From the NCBI RefSeq assembly GCF_023055435.1, contig NW_025963957.1:6820001-6884000 (forward strand): 64,000 nucleotides of DNA, written 5' to 3'. Positions 38,700-52,700 of the stretch are shown in pieces. A program made the position numbers and the translations under genes. The DNA is from Haliotis rufescens. Lineage: Eukaryota. Within the stretch, counting starts at the first letter, position 1. Every line of letters begins with the position of its first letter. Under the pieces are notes generated by a model. The model saw only the letters and a program-made list of their open reading frames with translations. It searched no databases and was not told the DNA's origin.

Positions 38700-40300
38700 A
38701 GTCACCTTGTGGCATACAAAAGAAAAATATCTGCGAAGATCCTTACCGTATCTCAAAATTTTGTTACTATGAAAATCTATTCGCTGAAACATAAGTTTGA
38801 ATTAATATTGTGATGACAGTTCAGTTGTTAACCGGAATCCGACATGTTTACACTCGAAACGAACCTCTCGTACAATCTCACGAGATCTATATTTAACTGG
38901 TGCCGTTATTGTAATGCGCGACCGCGTTCTCCTTTTTAAATATATATAAGTACAAATGTAAAGCCAAGTCACATTTTTCTTATAAATTCCACAACAATAC
39001 ATATATATTCTTCAGTAGTCTTTACTACACTCCAAATTAGGTTTACAATCAAATTTAGGGGCCTGTTTTCGTTTCACTTAAAGAAGGCAAAACCTAAGAA
39101 CAAATCGGAAATCGGGATCATATCACCCAGACCGGGCCACAAAAATCGGCATTTTAGACCCTAAGTGAGTGAGTCAATTTGGTATTACGCCGCTTTTAGC
39201 AATATGTTCAAGACATATCAAGGGGTGGGGTGTCGGGTTTGGGGGTTGAAGTGAGACGCCAGGATTATTCATTGAGGGTGGGTGTATTTAGCGTTGAATC
39301 AGACATGATTTACTGTGGTAAACACAATATGGAGAGACGGGGTAGACACATTGAGAGGATTGTTTTACCGGGATATGGATGGAATGGCTCCGATGGAATG
39401 ACCTTATAAAATGTGTTTGTACTAGAGACCCGCTACGCAATCAACCAAAAACGATGGAACAGCAGTCATGATTGAGCCAATCAGCATGTAATAAAAGTTA
39501 TATTACTCAAGTGGTTGTCTGTCCGATAGCTCGCTGGCGAAAACGTCAGCGGATATATAAACTTTATATTCTTTAATATCTGTATTCTATTTTAAACTGT
39601 ATGGTATCAGTTGTTTGGTAGCTATTACTTAGAAGTTTACAATTTATGGATAACAACTTCTTTAATTATTGTAAAGGTGACGTCTCGGTATGGATCCTTA
39701 TACCGTTGTCAAGCAAGACTGTATGGTATCAGTGAAGACAGGGTTGATTTGGGGATTTCATCTTACAGGCACAATTTGTCTATTGCCAACTTTGTTGCGA
39801 AAATATAACATTATTTTACATCTGATAGCATATACAGCACGTGCACTGTATATACAACGTCGGGTAATACTATAACTTGGATTTTGTTATCCAAACCTGT
39901 TTTGCTTTAAAATTTCTTTGAATATTCCACTGATCCCAAGATGTTCTCACATGTTTAATACAATCTTTCAAAACAACCATGGTAAACAACTGATCCTTGG
40001 CGATATATTCTTCCGATCAATTCATGATATTATTGCAAAGATACCGTGATAATATGGGGGCTATAACATGTGCTGCAGGACATGTGCGCACGAATTAAGC
40101 CAACATCAAACGTTTTCGTACATGATGGATTTCTATGCTTTTCTCGTGCGGATTTTCCGGATTTTACTGTTAACGGGATAAAACATTGCGCCGGAAACGC
40201 GGGAAAGAAGTTGAAGTTTGACTAACATTGAAGTGATGGTCCCAAATTCCACAGTAATACCTTAGTTTGTGAATTATTGCATTCAGTTCCCATTATTCTA
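38700..40300. promoter_or_regulatory. Probable divergent promoter region between TMEM138 (-) and TUBGCP2 (+)
   Basis: CpG-richer patches with ETS-like CCGGAA (~38832, ~40191), TCTCACGAGA (38876-38885) and E2F-like GCGGGAAA (40199-40206). Minus-strand donor-like sites near 38706 and 38748. Transcription starts are not demonstrable from sequence. Confidence 0.4.
39610..39800 (-). mobile_element. Penelope-like terminal-repeat derivative, second copy
   Basis: Minus strand 39714-39676 reads GC-TTGACAA-C-GGTATA-AGGATC-CATACC-GAGAC-GTC-ACC, followed by AATAATTAAAGAAGTTGTTATCC. Confidence 0.55.
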
Positions 40301-40796
40301 TGGTTAAACTGCACAGACATTTTATTTTGTGATGATCTATTTGTAGAATATTACAGCGTTATCTGTGCAACTACCGATCAAAATATTGTCCCATTTTCGA
40401 TCATAACTTTTTATGCCTTAATTTCCCAAAATATACAACAGGTCGTAAATTTCGTGCATAGCGGACATGACAGCGCTTGAACTATGACCGAAATACGTTT
40501 TTTTTACACATCGCGATTATAATTATTGTTTTCAATTTTCACGAAACGTTTTTATTAAGCGTTAATGACAAAGTATTCCAACAAGACTATTATTTTATGC
40601 AGGAGACCAGGTTCTCGCCAACGACCCTGTTCACAAATGCCTCTATTTGACAGTGGGGAGCCAGTAGGCATGAGTATTCGACGATGAGAACTATATGTCT
40701 ATGCGCTATGAATGTGATTTATTTTCCCTCTATTTTCTTTCCCTAGTTGTCACTGTGAAGTTGTGGTAAAGTGAAGTTCAACATATTTTCTCCACG

Positions 40797-43700
40797 ATGA
40801 GTGAATTCAAGGTACACCACCACGTCAGTGAGCTGATGAACCTCCTTGGGTGAGACATGACACTCTTCTTTTTATCTTCTCAGTTAAAGTATAAGTCAAC
40901 TAGAGGCCCTTGTATTTTGGGAATTGTGTGACCTAGTGCAACGAAGACCTAGTGCAACGAATACCTAGTGCAACGAAGACATAGTACAAAGAACATCTAG
41001 TGCAACAAAGACCTAGTGCAAAGAAGACCTAGTGCAACGAAGACCCAGTTTTGATTTAGCCAAATGTTATGATTACTGGTGTGCTGGAATATTGGAGAAA
41101 GCAGGACAAAAGCATACTCACTGACACATTGTAGAAGTTTTATTTCAGTATTGCAGTGAGGTGGTTGGAGTGCATAGAGTTGGTCTTAGTATTCTTACTT
41201 AGTTTAAGTGAAACAGATTTCTCAGGTTTCTGAGAATTATAGTGGGATATCCTTCTTATGAACATGCTTGATGGAGTGAGTTAGTTAATATTGCTGTCAT
41301 TGACATTTTACAACCAGGGTACTAATGTATTCAGTCATAATTGAGTGCAGAGATTATCCCAATATTGCACACCTGTGTCTGTGAGGTATTTCAGACATCT
41401 TTGATAGCATGGTGATGTTGCTCTCCTTCATGGTTCCAGGGTTCGTTCCACTGACTCTGTGGGAGCTGAGGTGTACACAGAGATGCTTCTGAAGAATACT
41501 ACCCCATACATCACAACACAGGTGCGATATTCAATACTGTATAATACTTCCCTTTATTGCAATAAAGGGTGGCCGAGTGGCCCAGTCTTCTGGGGCGCTG
41601 CAATTTGCTGTGCAGAGTTGCGTACTTTAGGCACACCAGAAACCTATGAATGTGGGTTTGAACCCCGGTTTGCCCTGATTATGTTTTTAGGTTTGTCTGC
41701 ACCATACCCGTGCTTGTGGGTTTCACCAAAGTGGTAAATGTCTAAGACATTCATCACATTAGTCTACGTGGGCTTTCCTCCCACATTAAGCTGACATACC
41801 ATGATATAACTGGAATACTGTTCAAAGTCGTGATATAACTGGAATACTGTTCAAAGTCGTGATATAACTGGAATACTGTTCAAAGTCGTGATATAACTGG
41901 AATACTGTTCAAAGCGACGTTAAGCCCAACTCAATCACTCACTCGAAGTATGTTCATTTCAGCTGATTATTAAGTTACCTTAAATGTCATGATGGCATAA
42001 GACACAAGTTTTTCTTTCCCAGATTGGGATGTACATCCGTGTAGGCAGCAACTTATTCCAGATCATGGAGACTGCAGGGTATTTTATGATATTGATATAC
42101 TGCTATACCAGCAGTGGAACTCACTTGAAGTGTGTTTGTGACAGGTTTCAGCACATCATGCGAAGAGGAAGATTGCAGAGTCAACACAAACTCCTATCGA
42201 GTTCTTTGCTAAATATGACGATATGAAGTCACGGAAGTAAGTGATCACACCATTGAAGTGAAAGTTAGTAACAAGGTGTTATCCCATGGCTATGATTCTG
42301 TCTTATTATCCTCCTAGCCAATCAAAGTTTAATAATTCTCCTCAAAATGCTTTCCGGGTGACTTCTTATTTGTATCTGTTCTGATGCTGCCCTAAGTGTG
42401 TAACGTGGCATTAACTCACAATAGAAGTATACATGCCAGCATTTGATTAGTAAACATAGATCCATTTAGAAATACAGGTATGCAAGTTGACAATGATACA
42501 TAGGGTAACTCTGCAGTGGTGTTATGCCACTGGGTAATGGTGTTATGTTTTGCATACTACGCAAATATGCATCTTTTCTGGAGCTATGGAGATCTGAATG
42601 TACATATTGACTATGGCTGGGACGAGTACAAATTTACCTGCTGTAGGCCTCAAGTTGGGTACCAGGTGTCCAGTTGGTAACTGTTTTGTTGGAACCCTGG
42701 CAAGAAGTATTTAAATACACATATAACACTCTCTGATCATGAATACACTAAAGTTGACTGATCTGTGCTTAAACATATACAGGTCAGAAGGAATGTGTGC
42801 TTAGTCAGAAAGAAATGCGATCATTCATGACTTGTAGCGTAACCATGGAGTTTTATTGTTTTTGTCATTAAACAATATATCACGTGACTAACCACGGGTC
42901 TGGGCAGTCCTGTGGATACCCTGGTTCTACTCAGAACCCACCAGACCCGAGTACCCAAGTTACCTGTCCCAGCCATGATATGGACAAGTAGGAAGTACAT
43001 GGTTTCCTGCAGGGGTAAGTTGTGGGAGGACCTGTGATCTTTAGATACCAACCTTTGTAATACATCTCACCATTACTAAGGAATCAATCTCGTTAAGATC
43101 AAATCTTAGTTCTCGATACAGCTACACAAAGATATGAGGAGATCCCATTACAGGTGACGTCGGCACGACCTTTCATCCGACCAATCAGAGCAGCGCTTAC
43201 CACATCAGGAAAGTGACAGTCGGAATGTGTTTTCTAACCATGCGGCTTTGGAATGTTTAACACAGGTTATTCCGAATGACAGTTATGGACTGGATCCATA
43301 CAATCTAGGCCATCTATTAGCCATGTCATAGTAATTTTGTTGTTCAATTTTCAAAGTTTCAATCAAGAATTGGTTGAGTATGTTTCGAAGCGTAGTTGCC
43401 AGTTTGAAACTAGTCCCGTAAAGCACGAGAGAGCTGCCTTCTGATTGGCTAATGTTGACTTCTTGCCAGTCATCCCATTGGTCGGTCAAAGTTCACAAAA
43501 GGTGACCTGTAAAGGGATGTTCTCAGATCTTTGTTCAGCGAAAGCGAGAACTAAGATCTGATTTTCATGAGATTGGTAGTGCATTTTCTACTGTTGCAGT
43601 GTCCGAGATCTGGATGCACTTGTGTATTTCTTTGCCAAGTTGTGTGAAGAGGACCAGGTAGGAGCTGCAAGATGTCAGGGATTATTAGATGGCCACCGTC

Positions 43701-46700
43701 AGAATGGCAACAAATGATTTAACCCAAGAGCGTGATTGGTAGATGTCTCAACATGCATAGCATGTTTATCTGATGAATATTCTGTACCATTATCACACTG
43801 AAATAACGATTGCTAGATCTTGCCATAGAGTATCTGATCATTTTGAGCATCTCTGGAAAGTCAGGTTAATCTGATGTGATGGAGGTGAGTGAATAACGGA
43901 ATAAAAGCTCCTACGTTTTCTAGACAAAAGAGTTCCTGGCGAAGAATGCCCGAGACAAGGCGGACGCTGCAGGAATGACCCTGTTGCCTCATGGGAAGAT
44001 TACCTCCCAGCTGCCGGCCCCCGGAACCAAGATGACGGAACAGGAGCTGTCGGAGGTAAGGAGTATATTCTGTCTGTCTCAGTTGGAAAGTGCGCTATAC
44101 CGATTCCTGGTATGTACTGTGTTTCACGATGATTGTGCTTCAGATTAAGGACAAGCTGCTGAAAGAAGCCAAGGCAGTGTCGGCAACAACATCGTCCGAA
44201 TTCCTGAGGAAAGCTATCCGAGAAAAGCAAATGAAGAGAAATGGTAAATACCAGTCTTTGGATTATTTGTGTCTTGTTGATGCAAATGTCATAAAGATTT
44301 GTCATGTGGAAATTATCACCGTTTCAGTGAACATTCCGCTGCAGCCTGAGTGGCTGTTTCAGAGACCGTCCTTGACCTTGGACTTCATTGTTGGAGTGGA
44401 TGGACCCACTGATCATGTGAGTGACCTGTTTTATATCGAACATAATATCGAGAACCTGTGAGATGTTTATGTCACACTCTCCATTTGCTGTTGGGGTAAC
44501 TGTGTGGTGGAACGTGTTCCTGTTCCCGCCCACCCTCACCTCACCTCACCTCACCTCACCTCACCTCACCTCACCTCACCTCACCTCACCTCATAATATA
44601 CATAGGAGCATCTCTTGAAGTTCAATATTATCTTAACTGTTTACAATGGGAACACTATATCTTCCTCCTCATGTTTCAGAATATCGTGGCTCTGGGAACA
44701 TTGCCAGTTGCGCTTCAGGAACAAGCCATTTTGGATGATATCCTGTGTTGTATGCAGGTGTGTGGGCATCACGTTCTTGGCTCCGTGTTCAATATGTACA
44801 GCAGAGATTAAAACAAGAAACATCTACTTCATCCTAGAGACCCTAGGGTCCATTTTGTAGGCCAGAAAATGGTTTCTTGTGTTTAAAATAGATTGTCTCG
44901 GCAAAAACACCAAGATGTATGGGAAGACAAATAAATGATTTGAGGTCAATAGCAAAGAAAAAATAAAATTGAAGTTTGATATAGAAACATCAGGAAACTA
45001 TTTGAAACTTATTTTTTTCTTGACAAAGCTTGATGTTACTGTTGATGCTTCCAGGGCATTGAGGGAAAGTATATCCTAGCCCGAGCCCTCACGGAGAGAT
45101 ACGCTCCAAAAGAGTTCATGATAGACCAGAGTCTAGGTGAGTCACTGCAAGATATGTACTGTGTTATTGTGGTTCATGATAGATGAGGGTCTAGGTGAGT
45201 CGCTGCAAGATATGTACCGTGTTATTGTGGTTCATGATAGATGAGGGTCTAGGTGAGTCGCTGCAAGATATGTACCATGTTATTGTGGTTCATGATAGAT
45301 GAGGGTCTAGGTGAGTCGCTGCAAGATATGTACCGTGTTATTGTGGTTCATGATAGATGAGGGTCTAGGTGAGTCGCTGCAAGATATGTACCGTGTTATT
45401 GTGGTTCATGATAGATGAGGGTCTAGGTGAGTCGCTGCAAGATATGTACCGTGTTATTGTGGTTCATGATAGATGAGGGTCTAGGTGAGTCGCTGCAAGA
45501 TATGTACCGTGTTATTGTGGTTCATGATAGATGAGGGTCTAGGTGAGTCGCTGCAAGATATGTACCGTGTTATTGTGGTTCATGATAGATGAGGGTCTAG
45601 GTGAGTCGCTGCAAGATATGTACCGTGTTATTGTGGTTCATGATAGATGAGGGTCTAGGTGAGTCGCTGCAAGATATGTACCGTGTTATTGTGGTTCATG
45701 ATAGATGAGGGTCTAGGTGAGTCGCTGCAAGATATGTACCGTGTTATTGTGGTTCATGATAGATGAGGGTCTAGGTGAGTCGCTGCAAGATATGTACCGT
45801 GTTATTGTGGTTCATGATAGATGAGGGTCTAGGTGAGTCGCTGCAAGATATGTACCGTGTTATTGTGGTTCATGATAGATGAGGGTCTAGGTGAGTCGCT
45901 GCAAGATATGTACCGTGTTATTGTGGTTCATGATAGATGAGGGTCTAGGTGAGTCGCTGCAAGATATGTACCGTGTTATTGTGGTTCATGATGGATGAGG
46001 GTCTAGGTCTGGAATCCGCTGTGGCATATAAACAACATCTATTCAGTCTCGTCCTCCTACAAGAGTACTAATTGATATTATCCTAATGAAATGACAGTTC
46101 TCTTGAAGCGATATATTTATTTGAATAAAGAATGAAATTAATGACATCAAGTGTTTTCATATTGCTGACTAGGGCTGCAACGAATACACTATGAGGTGAA
46201 TACGTTTTGTATCCCGAGTATAGGGTAACGAATATGAATATTAATTCACGAATACAATAACAAGTCAGATGATGTATTATTTGTTATATTCAGTGAATCA
46301 TTAACATAAATCTTTTGACATGGTGTGTTAATTATAAATATATCATACATTTATATACTGCACTTATCCAGGTACTAGTATCTGCTCAAATGTGACAATG
46401 ACCAGTGACCCCAATCCTGTTAAATCAAATATTATCAGAGTGTTGTCTTTGAAGAAATCTATGCATATAATATGTTCTTATGGATATTTTTAGGTACAGG
46501 GTATGTAAATGCACATACTTGCATATTCATAAATATTTGATTCTAGTTGCAATGAATAACGAATTCAATTCATGAATGGATACGGTTCGATTCACCGAAT
46601 ACGCGAGTGAATCGTAACAGTCCTATTGCTGACAATTGCTTCAAAAAGTTGACGTCCGTATTCTTGAGCTGAGTGTGACATGTAGCGTGTCTGTGTTTGT

Positions 46701-49700
46701 CTACAGATCCGTCCCTGCAGGAGCTGGTGAAGCGGGTGCTACCCATGTGCTCCAACTATTCCACTGTAGTCAGGTTTATAGAAGGTAACGTCACTGCTTT
46801 CATCCAGAAGTTCCTGGAGTCACAAGTTAGTTACGTCTTTCATCCAAGAAGCCTCGAAGTATTGTGTATGAAGACAAAAGTTGAAATCCATGTGTCTTGT
46901 GTCAGTTATGTGAAGCTGCTGAATTCGTGATTCCCTGTGTAACCTGCAGTGTCCCATGCAGTGTCCCATCAATGTCCCATACGGTGTCCCATGCAGTGTC
47001 CCATGCAGTGTCCCATACGGTGTCCCATGCAGTGTCCCATGCAGTCTAACCTGCAGTGTCCCATGCAGTGTAACCTGGAGTGTCCCATGCAGTGTCCCAT
47101 GCAGTCTAACCTGCAGTGTCCTATGCAGTGTCCCATCAATGTCCCATGCAGTGTCCCATACAGTGTCCCATGCAGTGTCCAATGCATTGTAACCTGCAGT
47201 GTCCCATGCAGTGTCCCATCAATGTCCCATGCAGTGTCCCATGCAGTGTCCCATACAGTGTCCCATGCAGTGTCCCATACAGTGTCCCATGCAGTGTCCC
47301 ATGCAGTGTAACCTGCAGTGTCCAATACGGTGTCCCATCAATGTCCCATACAGTGTAACCTGGAGTGTCCCATGCAGTGTAACCTGGAGTGTCCCATGCA
47401 GTGTTCCATGCAGTGTAACCTGCAGTGTCCCATATGGCGTCCCATCAATGTCCCATACAGTGTAACCTGGAGTGTCCCATGCAGTGTAACCTGCAGTGTT
47501 CCATGCAGTGTCCCATACAGTGTAACCTGCAGTGTCCCATGCAGTGTAACATGCAGTGTCCCATGCAGTGTAACATGCAGTGTCCCATGCAGTGTAACCT
47601 GCAGTGTCCCATACAGTGTCCCATGCAGTGTAACCTGGAGTGTCCCATGCAGTGTAACCTGCAGTGTTCCATGCAGCGTCCCATGCAGTGTAACCTGCAG
47701 TGTCCCGTACGGTGTCCCATCAATGTTCCATACAGTGTAACCTGGAGTGTTCCATACAGTGTAACCTGGAGTGTCCCATGCAGTGTAACCTGCAGTGTCC
47801 CATGCAGTGTAACCTGCAGTGTTCCATGCAGTGTCCCATGCAGTGTAACCTGCAGTGTCCCGTACGGTGTCCCATCAATGTTCCATACAGTGTAACCTGG
47901 AGTGTTCCATACAGTGTAACCTGCAGTGTCCCATGCAGTGTCCCATCAATGTCCCATGCAGTGTAACCTGCAGTGTCCCGTACGGTGTCCCATCAATGTT
48001 CCATACAGTGTAACCTGGAGTGTCCCATGCAGTGTAACCTGGAGTGTCCCATGCAGTGTAACCTGCAGTGTTCCATGCAGTGTCCCATGCAGTGTAACCT
48101 GCAGTGTCCCGTACGGTGTCCCATCAATGTTCCATACAGTGTAACCTGGAGTGTTCCATACAGTGTAACCTGGAGTGTCCCATGCAGTGTCCCATCAATG
48201 TCCCATGCAGTGTAACCTGCAGTGTACCATGCAGTGTAACCTGCAGTGTTCCATACAGTGTAACCTGGAGTGTCCCATGCAGTGTAACCTGGAGTGTCCC
48301 ATGCAGTGTCCCATGCAGTGTCCCATCAATGTCCCATACGGTGTCCCATGCAGTGTAACCTGCAGTGTTCCATGCAGTGTCCCATGCAGTGTAACCTGCA
48401 GTGTCCCATACGGTGTCCCATCAATGTTCCATACAGTGTAACCTGGAGTGTCCCATGCAGTGTAACCTGCAGTGTCCCATGCAGTGTCCCATCAATGTCC
48501 CATGCAGTGTAACCTGCAGTGTTCCATACGGTGTCCCATGCAGTGTTCCATACGGTGTCCCATGCAGTGTAACCTGCAGTGTCCCATACGGTGTCCCATC
48601 AATGTTCCATACAGTGTAACCTGGAGTGTCCCATGCAGTGTAACCTGCAGTGTCCCATGCAGTGTCCCATGCAGTGTTCCATGCAGTGTCCCATGCAGTG
48701 TCCCATCAATGTCCCATGCAGTGTAACCAGCAGTGTTCCATACGGTGTCCACTGCAGTGTTCCATGCAGTGTCCCATGCAGTGTCCCATGCAGTGTCCCA
48801 TGCAGTGTCCCATGCAGTGTCCCATCAATGTCCCATGCAGTGTAACCTGCAGTGTTCCATACGGTGTCCCATGCAGTGTTCCATACGGTGTCCCATGCAG
48901 TGTTCCATGCAGTGTAACCTGCAGTGTCCCATACGGTGTCCCATCAATGTTCCATACAGTGTAACCTGGAGTGTCCCATGCAGTGTAACCTGCAGTGTCC
49001 CATGCAGTGTCCCATCAATGTCCCATGCAGTGTAACCTGCAGTGTCCCATGCAATGTAACCTGCAGTGTCCCATGCAGTGTCCCATGCAGTGTCCCATGC
49101 AGTGTAACCTGCAGTGTTCCATACGGTGTCCCATGCAGTGTTCCATACGGTGTCCCATGCAGTGTTCCATACAGTGTAACCTGGAGTGTCCCATGCAGTG
49201 TAACCTGCAGTGTTCCATACGGTGTCCCATGCAGTGTCCCATACGGTGTCCCATGCAGTGTTCTCATTCATCACTCTCTTATTCACTCGGGGATGAAAAA
49301 AATATAACATTGACTCTAAGCTTCTGTTTGCCTGTTTTCGGTACAGGTCAGCAATGAGTGCCCTTTGTGAAATGGAGACATTTGATGTTCAGATTTTGTG
49401 CAGTTTGATGAAGGAGTAAGCATATACTCCAAACCCTTGTGTTCCTCTTTATAAATAAGTTGACATCCATAAATTCTCTCTCAAGTCAAATTGGAGGGCA
49501 CTGCCGATCTGCTGGAGTCTAGCTGGAATCCTAACTTCAGGTTGATTGAAAGTGTTCAGTTACCATGGTTTCTGTTTTAGAGTGTGAACCCTTATGTCTG
49601 CTTCAGAGAAGGCTGCATTTGAGTACGGCCTAGTGAACCACGCCCTGAGTGCTGCCATGCGGACGTTAATCAAAGTAGGGAGCTTCTGTCTACAACAAAT

Positions 49701-52700
49701 TACAAACGTCTTGACATCATACCTGAATCAATGCGAATCTGATGAGATTAAGTGAAGAATTCATTCTTGGTTGAGATTATGTATTTGTAACTTGGACATT
49801 AAGGTAGATCTGTAGCATGTTGTCATTGATGCATTTATGTGTAAGGACTTCTGTTTGTCACGCTTGACTTTCTGCTGCAGGATTACATGGTGCTGGTCGC
49901 TCAGCTGGAACACCAGTACAGGCTGGTGAGTACCCCCCTACACCTTGGGTGATCAATGCATGGTCCTCAGATGATCCTTGTGTGATCCATGCATAATGCT
50001 TGTGTGATCCACGTTTGATCAATGCATGGTCCTTGTATGATCCTTGTGTGATCCATGCATAATGCTTGTGTGATCCACGTATGATCCATGCATGGTCCTT
50101 GTATGATCCTTGTGTGATCCATGCATGGTCCTTGTATGATCCTTTTATAATCCATGCATAATGCTTGTATGATCCACATATGATTAATATTTGATCCTTG
50201 TATGATCAATGTTTGATCCATGTATGATCCTTGTATGATCAATGTTTGATCAATGTATGATCCTTGTATGATCAATGTTTGATCCATGTATGATCCATGT
50301 GTGATCCATGTATGATGCTTATATAATCCTTGTATGATCCATGTATGACCCTTGTATGATCCTTGTGTTATAATAAACAGGTGACTGCTTGTCGCAAGAG
50401 GCGACTTTCAGGATTGGGTGGTCAGGCTCGCTGACTTGGTTGATGCATGTCATCGTATCCCAATTGCATGGATCGATGTTCATGATGTCAACCACTGGAT
50501 TGTGTGGTCAAGACTTGATTATTTACAAACCACCGTCTGGAATATTGCTGAGTGTGGCGTTAAACAACAAACAAACAAACAAATCATAATAATCTCTAGA
50601 ATATTTACAATATTTCTATTTTTGCCTTTCCTTAGATTGTCAGTATTATTAACGCTATAGGTCTCGAACTGATACATACCTACCAATACAAACCTATAAT
50701 GTACCAAAATATTATTATCAATCTAAAAATATCTTTCCTAGATACATGACCTTTTCGTAATCTGTTCTGAGTAATGTAAAAGCATCACCTTGACCTTATT
50801 TCCGGTCATAAGGTATATACTTTTCAGCTTTACTTCTGATTTTGGTATTGATAACATTACAACAAATAAGTTTCACAAGTTACAAACTCTAAGGATTGAT
50901 TAAAGTGCATGATAACCACCTAAAACTGACAACCACCATGCTGACTATACCCTGAGCAACATATTCTAATATTTTGCTGATGACGAGATTTGAATGACTG
51001 ACAAATACATACTTTGTAGTGTTCTCACACATGAAACAGTAGTCAATGGTGTAAACATGCCCCAACAGGGCCTCCTGGGGATAGTGTCAGTTGAGAAATA
51101 CCTGAAATAATAAATAATAATAATGATGATCGGATCTGTCACAGATTTATTTCTTTTGACCAAAATGGCGTCAACAGAAATCAGCGTGACGTCATATGCT
51201 TAACCTTATATCACAGCTAGTTGTGACTTGACTATTACATTATCAACCGTCTGTCTATTAACATCTTTACAGGGGGACAAAGTTTGAAAACTAGTAGGTC
51301 CTAATTTCTTAGCTTTAAACCCCTGACAAAATACAACCAGTTTGAAGGGCTAACATATGTGAATCTGCTGTTGGTAACTGGCATTGTCATGACACATTGA
51401 TTAACTGCACACTTGAATGTACGTTGTGCCAGGAAACCATGTCTTGTGTTCATGGATTCTGCAATGACATAAATAATGGAACATCTCACTTTTCTAATCC
51501 ATGCACTTTATTGTATCACTCGTCTATTTGTAGCTCACCTGTCAGAAAGTCCAATAAGGTTATATCATGGCACATTGTCCGTCATCCGCCTTTCCGGTTG
51601 TCCGTCCATCATTAACTTTTGCAATTCCCATCCAATGTTAAACATATCTATAGTGAAACATGGTAATATTCCAGGGCACGTTGAGCCTCCAGAAGCTGTG
51701 GTTCTACATCCAGCCCACGCTGAGGACACTGGAGATCCTGGCATCTGTCTCCAACTCCATCAACAGGGTAAGCAGAAGTCTAATAGTGGAGTCAGCTGGG
51801 GCCCTTCATCACATCATGTGGGAGTCAGCGGGGGCCCTTCATCACATCATGTGGGAGTCAGCTGGGGCCCTTCATCACATCACCTGGGAGTCAGCGGGGG
51901 CCGTTCATCACATCATGTGGGAGTCAGCGGGGGCCCTTCATCACATCATGTGGGAGTCAGCTGGGGCCCTTCATCACATCACCTGGGAGTCAGCAGGGGC
52001 CCTTCATCAGATCATGTTGGAGTCAGCGGGGGCTGTTCATCACATCATGTGGGAGTCAGCGGGGGCCGTTCATCACATCATGTGGGAGTCAGCCGGGGCC
52101 GTTCATCAGATCATGTGGGAGTCAGCGTGGGCCGTTCATCAGATCATGTGGGAGTCAGCGGGGGCTCTTCATCAGATCATGTGGGAGTCAGCGGGGGCCG
52201 TTCATCAGATCATGTGGGAGTCAGCCGGGGCCCTTCATCAGATCATGTGGGAGTCAGCTGGGACTCTTCATCAGATCATGTGGGAGTCAGCCGGGGCCGT
52301 TCATCAGATCATGTGGGAATCAGCGTGGGCCGTTCATCAGATCATGTGGGAGTCAGCGGGGGCCGTTCATCAGATCATGTGGGAGTCAGCCCGGGCCGTT
52401 CATCACATCATGTGGGAGTCAGCGGGGGCTGTTCATCACATCATGTGGGAGTCAGCGGGGGCCATTCATCAGATCATGTGGGAGTCAGCCGGGGCCGTTC
52501 ATCAGATCATGTGGGAGTCAGCGGGGGCCCTTCATCAGATCATGTGGGAGTCAGCGGGGGCTCTTCATCACATCATGTGGGAGTCAGCGGGGGCCGTTCA
52601 TCAGATCATGTGGGAGTCAGCGTGGGCCGTTCATCAGATCATGTGGGAGTCAGCTAGGGCTCTTCATCACATCATGTGGGAGTCAGCGGGGGCCCTTCAT

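Noticed and set aside
46949-49357. Cys-rich, metallothionein- or keratin-like ORFs
   Set aside because: Products of the 11/12-bp intronic array with constant frameshifts.
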